From positions 2,560,001 to 2,624,000 of the forward strand of contig OY821645.1 in assembly GCA_963682135.1 (NCBI GenBank): DNA of 64,000 nt, written 5' to 3'. Position 1 is the stretch's first letter; the number at the start of each line of letters is the position of its first letter. Of the stretch, positions 56,981-64,000 are shown one piece after another. A program made the translations under genes and the position numbers. Below the pieces are notes generated by a model that did not search any database, was not told the DNA's origin, and saw only the letters and a program-made list of their open reading frames with translations. This DNA is from Methanothrix sp. (GTDB taxonomy: Archaea; Halobacteriota; Methanosarcinia; Methanotrichales; Methanotrichaceae).

Positions 56981-59900
56981 ATGACTGGACTGACCTGGCT
57001 TCATCTTTCGGACTGGCATCAAGCAGAACGCAAATTCAATCGCAAAGTTGTTTGCGATGCCCTCATTAAGGATATAAAAGCGAGAGAAAAAATAAATCCT
57101 CATTTGAGCAAAATAGATTTCATCATATTTAGTGGGGATGCGGCCAAAAGTGGGCAGCCAGATGAGTATACGAAGGCAACAGAGGATTTATTCAACCCTC
57201 TTTTAGAAGCCTGTCAATTGGGAAAAGACCGGCTATTTATTGTCCCTGGCAATCATGATTTGGATCGTGATCTAATTCCTGCTGCACTTTCGAAGCCTTT
57301 GACATCCAATGAAGAAGTTGAACCTTGGTGGAGCGAGGATAAGAAAAGAGTGCAGTTATCGCAACCGTTCCAGGCTTTTAATCGCTTTCTGACTGATTGC
57401 ACAGGCCAAAAGCCTCCGGAATATTGCAGTGTAGGCTCATTTGAGATCGACGGTAGAAAAATAGATTTGCTAGGTATCAATTCTGCATGGATGTGTGCTC
57501 GCCATAAAGACGAGGCAGGGGAATTCAGTGACCAGGGATATCTTTGCATTGGCGAATCGCAGATCTACGATTCTCTTGAGAATATCTCGGACTCGGATAT
57601 CAAAATTGCCGTGATTCACCATCCTCTCGACTGGTTGGCTCCATTTGATTCAAGTCGAAATGAGGTGCATTTAAAACGAAAATGTAATTTCATACTCCAT
57701 GGTCATGCCCATAAGCCGGGAGCATCCGCAGTCCGAGACAACTTTGGCTATTATATCACAATTCCTGCAGGGGCTTGCTATGACAGAAGCATGTCCGCAA
57801 ATTCCGACTACACCTATTCATACAATTATGTCCATTTGGATTTTGATACAGACAAAGGCATTGTCTTTCCGCGTCGCTGGAGTGATTTGAACCGGGTATG
57901 GCGAAAAGACGATGAAACGTTTTCCACCACGAATGGCGAATTTCGTTTTTCGATTTCCGGATCTGAAAAAGCACCCATTCCCCATCAAATCCCACCGCCT
58001 CCGCGTGACTTCAAAGGCCGCGAGGATGAAATCTGCGACATCCTCTCCAACTTTGAAAAAGGTGCCACCATCACCGGCCTGCGTGGCATGGGCGGCGTGG
58101 GCAAGACTGCTCTGGCCCTGGTCCTGGCAGACAAGCTTAAGAGCCAATCTCCCGATGGCCAGATCTTCGTAGACATGCGGGGAACGAGTAACAATCCGGA
58201 TTTGCCTCCAATGGTGCCGGAAGATGCCATGGCTCAGATCATCCGGGCCTACAATCCTGCGGATCGCTTGCCGAGAAACGCAAATGAACTGCGTGATCTG
58301 TTTTTCTCCATTCTGGATGGCAAACGTGTTCTTCTGCTGCTGGATAATGCCGCCGACAACGGGCAGGTGGAGCCTCTGCTGCCTCCCGTAGGCTGCACTG
58401 TCCTAATCACATCGAGAATAAAATTCGCCTTGCCAGGTTTAGCGGAAAAAGATCTGGACATCTTGCCATTGGATAAAGCATGCGAGCTTCTTCTTCATAT
58501 TGCCCCGCGTATTGGCAACTGGGCAGAGGAACTAGCGAAACTGTGTGGCCGCCTTCCTCTTGCTCTTCGCAATGCAGGCAGTGCGCTAGCTAAAAAACGG
58601 GATTTGAGCGTTCCCGAATATCAAAAACGTCTGAAGGATAAGATGGAACGGCTTAAATTGGTAGAAGGGTCCTTCAGCCTCAGCTACGATCTTCTCACTC
58701 CTGGACGAAAAAAGCAATGGCGGCGTTTGTCGGTCTTTCCGGAAGACTTTGATCGCAATGCTGCGACTGCTGTTCTAAAGATGGCTCCAGAACCGTCGGC
58801 TGAGGCTCTGAGCGATTTGGTGCGATGGAGCTTGGTGGACTATATTGAAGCACCAGATTCCGAAGAGGGCCGATACAAGCTACATGATTTGGCTCGCCTT
58901 TTCGCAGAATCATGTCTCAAAGGTGATGAACTTGCGGATGCCCAGCAGAAACATGCCATGTATTACTCGAAAGTTCTTTATAAATCTGAAAAATTCTACC
59001 AAAAAGGTGGAACTAATGTCTTAGTAGGTCTCAAGCTTTTCGATAGTGAATGGGCCAATATCAAAGTTGGGCAAGCCTGGGTAAAGGAGAAGATTCAAGG
59101 ATTGAATAAATTGAATGAGAGTGATTTGAAATCAGTCTCGCAATTGGCTCGGTCTTATGCAGGTGCAGGAGGTAATGTATTGGATTTGCGCCTGCATCAA
59201 CGGGATAAAATTGGCTGGCTTGAAACAGGTCTAAAAGCAGCAAGAATAATGAGAGATCAAGGCAATGAAGGAGTTCATTTGGGCAACCTGGGGCTAGCCT
59301 ACATCTACCTGGGCGAAACTCGCAAGTCAATTGAATATCTAGAAAGGGCATTGAATATCTCCCGAAAGGTTGGAAACAGAAGTGGCGAATGCGTTCACTT
59401 GGGCAATCTGGGCCATGCCTATGTTGGGCTAGGCGAGACTGGCAAGGCAGTCGAGTACTACAATAAGGCTCTAGCCATCTCCCAAGAGATCGGCGACAGA
59501 AGGAATAAGGGACTCGTTCTGGGCGCCTTGGGATCAGCCTACTATGCTCTGGGTGAGACTCGCAAGGCGATCGTTTACTTTGAAAAGGCTCTAGGTATCA
59601 CCAAAGAAATCGGTGACATTGAGAATAAAGGAGTCTGGCTGGGCAACCTGGGCAATGCCTACGCCGACCTGGGCGAGACTCGCAAGGCCATCGAATATCA
59701 CGAGCAGGCACTGGCCATCGACCGCGAGATTGGCGACAGGAGGGGCGAAGGAGCCGACCTGGGCAACCTGGGCCTGGCCTACGCTGACCTGGGCGAGACT
59801 TGCAAGGCCATCGAGTACCACGAACAGGCACTGGCCATCACTCGCGAGATCGAAGACAAACAGAACGAAGGAGAATTTCTCTGTAATTTGGGCAAAGCTT

Positions 59901-60283
59901 ACCTGGATCTCAATGAAAACGACAGGGCCATCGAATACTGCACCCAGTCGCTGGACATCGTTCGTAAGATCGAATACAAGAAATTCGAGGGCGAAGCGTT
60001 AAACACTCTGAGCAAAGCCTACTCAGCCCTCGGCCAGATCGATAAGGCGCTCGATCACAGTGATCAAGCCCTGAAAATCTTCAAAGATATCGAATATCGT
60101 CGCGGGGAAGCTGATGCCCTCTTCGCCAAGAGCTTGGCTCTGCAAAAACTCAGCCAGCAGAAGGAAGCCGCAGCTCTCGCAAATGAAGCCCTCCAGATCT
60201 TCGTGCAAATCGAAAGCTCCCTCCAAGCCGAAAAGGTCCGCCAGAAACTGGCCGAATGGGACTGCAGCCCGCAGGAGAATTAG
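56981..60283 (+). CDS. NLR-like STAND protein: metallophosphoesterase, NB-ARC and TPR array
   Basis: MPE motifs DWH, GD, GNHD, HH and GHAH. Walker A GMGGVGKT, Walker B LLLLDN, ITSR, GRLPLAL and LHDL, then about 8 TPR units of 40 aa. Confidence 0.9.
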   Translation: MTGLTWLHLSDWHQAERKFNRKVVCDALIKDIKAREKINPHLSKIDFIIFSGDAAKSGQPDEYTKATEDLFNPLLEACQLGKDRLFIVPGNHDLDRDLIPAALSKPLTSNEEVEPWWSEDKKRVQLSQPFQAFNRFLTDCTGQKPPEYCSVGSFEIDGRKIDLLGINSAWMCARHKDEAGEFSDQGYLCIGESQIYDSLENISDSDIKIAVIHHPLDWLAPFDSSRNEVHLKRKCNFILHGHAHKPGASAVRDNFGYYITIPAGACYDRSMSANSDYTYSYNYVHLDFDTDKGIVFPRRWSDLNRVWRKDDETFSTTNGEFRFSISGSEKAPIPHQIPPPPRDFKGREDEICDILSNFEKGATITGLRGMGGVGKTALALVLADKLKSQSPDGQIFVDMRGTSNNPDLPPMVPEDAMAQIIRAYNPADRLPRNANELRDLFFSILDGKRVLLLLDNAADNGQVEPLLPPVGCTVLITSRIKFALPGLAEKDLDILPLDKACELLLHIAPRIGNWAEELAKLCGRLPLALRNAGSALAKKRDLSVPEYQKRLKDKMERLKLVEGSFSLSYDLLTPGRKKQWRRLSVFPEDFDRNAATAVLKMAPEPSAEALSDLVRWSLVDYIEAPDSEEGRYKLHDLARLFAESCLKGDELADAQQKHAMYYSKVLYKSEKFYQKGGTNVLVGLKLFDSEWANIKVGQAWVKEKIQGLNKLNESDLKSVSQLARSYAGAGGNVLDLRLHQRDKIGWLETGLKAARIMRDQGNEGVHLGNLGLAYIYLGETRKSIEYLERALNISRKVGNRSGECVHLGNLGHAYVGLGETGKAVEYYNKALAISQEIGDRRNKGLVLGALGSAYYALGETRKAIVYFEKALGITKEIGDIENKGVWLGNLGNAYADLGETRKAIEYHEQALAIDREIGDRRGEGADLGNLGLAYADLGETCKAIEYHEQALAITREIEDKQNEGEFLCNLGKAYLDLNENDRAIEYCTQSLDIVRKIEYKKFEGEALNTLSKAYSALGQIDKALDHSDQALKIFKDIEYRRGEADALFAKSLALQKLSQQKEAAALANEALQIFVQIESSLQAEKVRQKLAEWDCSPQEN
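59270..59900 (+). repeat. 120-bp TPR-coding tandem repeats
   Basis: GGGCAACCTGGG...GCCTAC...CTGGGCGAGACT.GCAAGGC recurs every 120 nt (59281, 59401, 59521, 59641, 59761). Confidence 0.85.
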
Positions 60284-60284
60284 C

Positions 60285-61022
60285 ATGCAAATCATATTTC
60301 TGGGCACCAACGGCTGGTACGACAGCCCCACCGGCAACACCATCTGTACCCTCATCAACTCCGAGAAGTACCACATCATCCTGGACGCCGGAAACGGCCT
60401 TTACAAAGCGGACCGCTACATCAAGGACGACCTGCCAGTCTACCTCTTCCTCAGCCACTTCCACCTCGACCACATCGAGGGCTTGCACATCCTCAGCAAG
60501 TTCCGCTTCCCGAGCCTCGTCATCTTCGGCCAGAAGGGCACCAAAGCGGCGCTGCATACCATTGTGAGCGAGCCCTTCACCGTTCCTCTGGAGAAGCTGC
60601 CCTTCCCGGTGGAGGTGCGCGAGCTCTCGCCCGGTCCCTACAAGCTGCCTTTCGCCCTGGACTGCCGCTTCCTGGTGCACGCCTCGCCCTGCCTGGGCTA
60701 CCGTTTCGATCTGGACGGCAAGACCATCACCTACTGCCCGGACACCGGCGTCTGCGAGAATGCCGTGCTCCTGGCGGCTGACGCCGACCTGCTGATAGCG
60801 GAGTGCGCCCACCTGCCGGGCGAGGAGAACCCGGTCTGGCCCCACCTCAATCCGGCGGCTGCCGCAGCCATCGCCCGGCGAGCGAAAGCGGCGCGCCTCG
60901 CCCTCACACACTTCGATGCGGGAAGGTACACCAGCCTGGAGATGCGCCGCGAGGCTGTGGCCACGGTCCTGGATTTTCCAGGGATCGTAGTAGGAGAGGA
61001 TGATCTGGTGGTGCAGCTTTAA
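60285..61022 (+). CDS. MBL-fold metallo-hydrolase (RNase Z/BN-like)
   Basis: FLGTNG, LDAG, SHFHLDHIEG, H and LTHF. Confidence 0.85.
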   Translation: MQIIFLGTNGWYDSPTGNTICTLINSEKYHIILDAGNGLYKADRYIKDDLPVYLFLSHFHLDHIEGLHILSKFRFPSLVIFGQKGTKAALHTIVSEPFTVPLEKLPFPVEVRELSPGPYKLPFALDCRFLVHASPCLGYRFDLDGKTITYCPDTGVCENAVLLAADADLLIAECAHLPGEENPVWPHLNPAAAAAIARRAKAARLALTHFDAGRYTSLEMRREAVATVLDFPGIVVGEDDLVVQL

Positions 61023-61059
61023 CGCTGCGAGGCCGAAATAAACCAAACGGATTCGGATA

Positions 61060-61226
61060 AATCTCACGCGAAGCCTTGATTGGCGCAAAGAACGGTCAGC
61101 TGTTTGCAGAGGCAAGGCACATTGTCCCCTCATAATCATGGCTTTAATCAGGCCTGGCTGTACTGGCATTGCAGGCCAAAAAAAACATGATTCCAGACTT
61201 CACGGCTTCGCGCCTTCGCGTGAAAA
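61060..61226. repeat. REP-like CGCGAAG repeat pair (right copies)
   Basis: AATCTCACGCGAAG (61060-61073) and CTTCACGGCTTCGCGCCTTCGCGTGAAAA (61198-61226), inverted relative to the left copies. Confidence 0.7.
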
Positions 61227-61312
61227 TGCTTTTCGGAAGTTGGAACGACGAATGTCGAACCGACTTTTCGGCTCACAAAGCTTATGGCCTTGGAAAAACG
61301 ACAGGACCATCC

Positions 61313-61885
61313 ATGACAATGAAAAACATAAGCTGCTTACTATTCATATCCCTGGTGCTGGCGGCAAGCGCCGGCTGCCTGGCGAAAGATCCAGGAGCAT
61401 CTGCATCAGTATCCGCATCAAATCCGGCCATCCCAACGGCGAATCTGCCGGAGGGCTTCAAGCTGCTGGCGGCTTTGCCTGGAGAGAACAGCAACCTCAA
61501 TATGACTGATTACATCACGGATTTCTACGGACCCGTGAATATCGGCCCGGCCAATACCTCTGTGGGTATATATCAGTGGACCGATCCAGGCCAAGGCTAT
61601 GATGCCAAGATCACTCTCATCCAGCTCTCCGATGAGGAGCATGCTAGGGCCGCCGTCTCCAACTTCAAATCCCAGAAGACATACCAGGATCAATTGGCCC
61701 GCAAGTTGCCCATATTCGGCAATGCCACAGTCAACGGCCATGATGCTCTGGAGATCAAGGACATCCGGGGCGATAACAGCATCAGATATCTCTACCTCTG
61801 GAATACGGGAAGCATCGTGGCTCTTGTTGAGGGCAACAACGACAGAAACCTGAGCATTGAGCTGGCCGACGCCTCAGGGCTCTGA
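61313..61885 (+). CDS. Putative lipoprotein
   Basis: Hydrophobic leader ending in lipobox-like SAGC. Confidence 0.7.
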   Translation: MTMKNISCLLFISLVLAASAGCLAKDPGASASVSASNPAIPTANLPEGFKLLAALPGENSNLNMTDYITDFYGPVNIGPANTSVGIYQWTDPGQGYDAKITLIQLSDEEHARAAVSNFKSQKTYQDQLARKLPIFGNATVNGHDALEIKDIRGDNSIRYLYLWNTGSIVALVEGNNDRNLSIELADASGL

Positions 61886-61901
61886 AGGCTCCCCTATTTT
61901 T

Positions 61902-62606
61902 ATGAAGCCGCAATTTGAGATAGAGGTAATAAAGACCGAGCAAATCGGTGCGTCATCCCGGTCAATTCAATTTATCCGGCCTCTTGGATTTGATTACCTT
62001 CCCGGCCAGTTCATAATTTTGAATCTTAAGGGCCCAGAGGGCGGAATCGCGAAGCCTCTCAGCCTCTCCAGCAGCCCTACCGAGGACTTTCTGCAGGTCA
62101 CCAAACGGCTGACCGGTCATGAGTTCTCCAATGCCCTTCTTTCCCTAAAAAATGGAGATACCATCAGTTTTTCCGGCCCCTATGGCAGCTTCACTTTTCA
62201 CGGGGAGTACGAGAAGATCGCCATGCTCTCCGGGGGAATAGGCATAACGCCTCTGCGAAGCATGATCAAATACTGCACCGACAGGGGCCTTGCGACTGAT
62301 ATCTTCCTGTTTTATTCCAACCGGCAGGAGGATGACATTCCCTTTAATGATGAATTCCAGGCTCTCACTGCGAAAAATCAGAGGTTTACTATCATTAATA
62401 CCCTGACCCGACCGGGTCCTTCCTGGAAAGGCCGGGTCGGCAGAATCGATGCCAATCTGATCAGGCAAATGCTCGCCGATTATTCAAATCGTGTATTCTA
62501 CACCAGTGGCCCTAAAAGAATGGTCGATTCCATGCAACTTATTCTCGATGAGATGAATATCCCTGTGAGTCAGACTCGCAAGGAGTATTTCCCGGGATAT
62601 GATTGA
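61902..62606 (+). CDS. FAD/NAD(P)-binding oxidoreductase (FNR-like)
   Basis: PGQF, PLSLSSSP, GPYGSF, GGIGITP and SGP..MV. Confidence 0.88.
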   Translation: MKPQFEIEVIKTEQIGASSRSIQFIRPLGFDYLPGQFIILNLKGPEGGIAKPLSLSSSPTEDFLQVTKRLTGHEFSNALLSLKNGDTISFSGPYGSFTFHGEYEKIAMLSGGIGITPLRSMIKYCTDRGLATDIFLFYSNRQEDDIPFNDEFQALTAKNQRFTIINTLTRPGPSWKGRVGRIDANLIRQMLADYSNRVFYTSGPKRMVDSMQLILDEMNIPVSQTRKEYFPGYD

Positions 62607-62632
62607 TCCTGTGTATTAATGATAAAAAGATA

Positions 62633-62887
62633 TCACTCCTCGCTGGAAGGCATATCAACCACTTGCCAGTGCTTTCCGCGGATAGGAGCATTCCTTAATG
62701 CCTCTTCAATCTGCTCATTTGCCAGTCCATCCAGCCAATCGGCAAGTCTCTTGCCGGGGTTATGTCCGGTCCAATATGATTGCAGCCTGATATGCTGGTC
62801 GCACATATGATTGAGGCTTAAGCCACGTTGGCATAGAGAGCCGCGGCACGGTCCATGACCCTTAAGGTCGCACTCTGGGGTTTTCAT
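62633..62887 (-). CDS. Small Cys/His-rich hypothetical protein
   Basis: 84-aa ORF with AAGGAG SD and C-x4-H-x2-C-x4-C pattern. Confidence 0.5.
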   Translation of the reverse strand: MKTPECDLKGHGPCRGSLCQRGLSLNHMCDQHIRLQSYWTGHNPGKRLADWLDGLANEQIEEALRNAPIRGKHWQVVDMPSSEE

Positions 62888-62921
62888 TTCATCTCCTTGG
62901 ATGTTTGTCGAGCTTATCTAG

Positions 62922-63875
62922 CTATTGCAGATTGAAGGACTCTGCCAACACGTCCTTATTTACCTTACCGCTTACAAAGGTTCGTCTCGACAGGATTTCG
63001 TTCATGACAACTTTGGCCGGGGCAAAGACGTTGTGGTCCACCTTGAAGAAATCAAATCCCGCAGCTTTGAAGGTCTTGTAGAAGGGTGTCCCCCAATCAC
63101 GAGAGGCCGAAGAAGGCATGCCTCTGAGATATTGTTGCAGCTCCTCCAGGTTCTCGTACTCCAGTGTGTAGTAAGTCTCCCCGCCGTAAATTATGGCATC
63201 GTTGGAGGAGCCCATGCACATAGTAGCGTCGCCGGTGATGGGCGAGATTGGTGCCCGGCCCCAGCCGCACTTGATGGTGTTAATGTCAAATCCCATGGTA
63301 AAGAGTTTATGTATGCCCGTCTCGACCACGCGCGCCGAGACCTGCACCAGCCCGGCAACGCTGTCCGTGGGCGCAACGGCAATTCTCAGGTCAGCCGGAT
63401 CGATGCCGCACTTTTCCGAAATGAGGGCGGAGACCGTTTCATTGGGCAGCTTGTTTGACTCCAAAACGATGACTGCTACATCAGAGGACTCTTCAAAGCA
63501 TATCTTATCGTAGAGGTCACGGGTCTTTCTGGCCAGGACGCGCGCCGGACCGCTGCCCATAGCGAAGTACTTGTCCGCCTTGATCTGCCACATGGCGCAC
63601 TGGGAGGCCATGCAGGAGACGGCCGGATGGTCTGTCGCCACCTGAATGCCCGGCAGCAAAATGCCGTTGATATCAAAGGGCGTAAGCTGAATCTCCGCCA
63701 GATCAGCCATGCAGAGGCGAGATAGGTAGACGCCGGCACCATAGCCGCCATGAGCCTCTACGCCTGCATCAGCCACCACAGTACCGTTATCAAGTTCTTG
63801 AACTTTGATTTGCAGCTCGTCTGCATAATCGAGCATCTCCTCGAAGACCTCGAATCCCATTTCATTGATTCCCAT
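62922..63875 (-). CDS. mch: Methenyltetrahydromethanopterin cyclohydrolase
   Basis: DAGV...GG, CMASQ.A.W, MGSGPAR, QVSARVVETG.HK, NDAIIYGG and DFFKVD...FAPA. Confidence 0.95.
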   Translation of the reverse strand: MGINEMGFEVFEEMLDYADELQIKVQELDNGTVVADAGVEAHGGYGAGVYLSRLCMADLAEIQLTPFDINGILLPGIQVATDHPAVSCMASQCAMWQIKADKYFAMGSGPARVLARKTRDLYDKICFEESSDVAVIVLESNKLPNETVSALISEKCGIDPADLRIAVAPTDSVAGLVQVSARVVETGIHKLFTMGFDINTIKCGWGRAPISPITGDATMCMGSSNDAIIYGGETYYTLEYENLEELQQYLRGMPSSASRDWGTPFYKTFKAAGFDFFKVDHNVFAPAKVVMNEILSRRTFVSGKVNKDVLAESFNLQ

Positions 63876-64000
63876 CAAGCCTGATCACCTTTCCGCATTA
63901 AGAATGCAATCATCCTTAAAAGTCTATCGATATTGTCCCTGACTAGCTGCCATTTTCCGCGGACAGTGCCTTCACCGGACAAGACCCCAGTGCGGTACAA

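Noticed and set aside
59270-59900. DGR template/variable repeat pair in the TPR units
   Set aside because: Differences between units are not confined to adenines, and no reverse transcriptase is in the window.

Overview
Chromosomal window from a methanogenic archaeon, most likely Methanothrix-like. This is inferred from mch, mtxA/mtxH, a DUF1608-type S-layer gene, cooS-cooF and archaeal ribosomal genes. Most of the window is housekeeping: aconitase X (partial), cooS/cooF, R15P isomerase, dapF, hps-rraA, secF/secD, trm5, a SAMP/ubaA/moaE cluster, ahcY, trm11, spt5-rpl11-rpl1-rpl10-rpl12, endA, an intron-containing tRNA-Arg(UCG), a dhs-like gene divergent from speA, and mch. Accessory genes are interspersed: toxin-antitoxin pairs, an XRE/ImmA-PIN pair, secreted proteins and proteases, an LGFP-repeat metalloprotease with a HEAT partner, and a metallophosphoesterase-NB-ARC-TPR NLR-like gene. 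The most notable observations are: (1) a CRISPR-less Cas4-like nuclease split into two membrane-anchored genes; (2) the NLR-like gene plus an MBL hydrolase bracketed by 29-bp inverted repeats; (3) several pseudogenes made by clean internal deletions, one with an apparent 11-nt microhomology junction; (4) candidate uORFs ahead of speA; (5) a candidate L1-binding leader; (6) an IS200/IS605-like end remnant. All calls come from motif recognition by eye, no searches were run, and several start codons are my best guesses.
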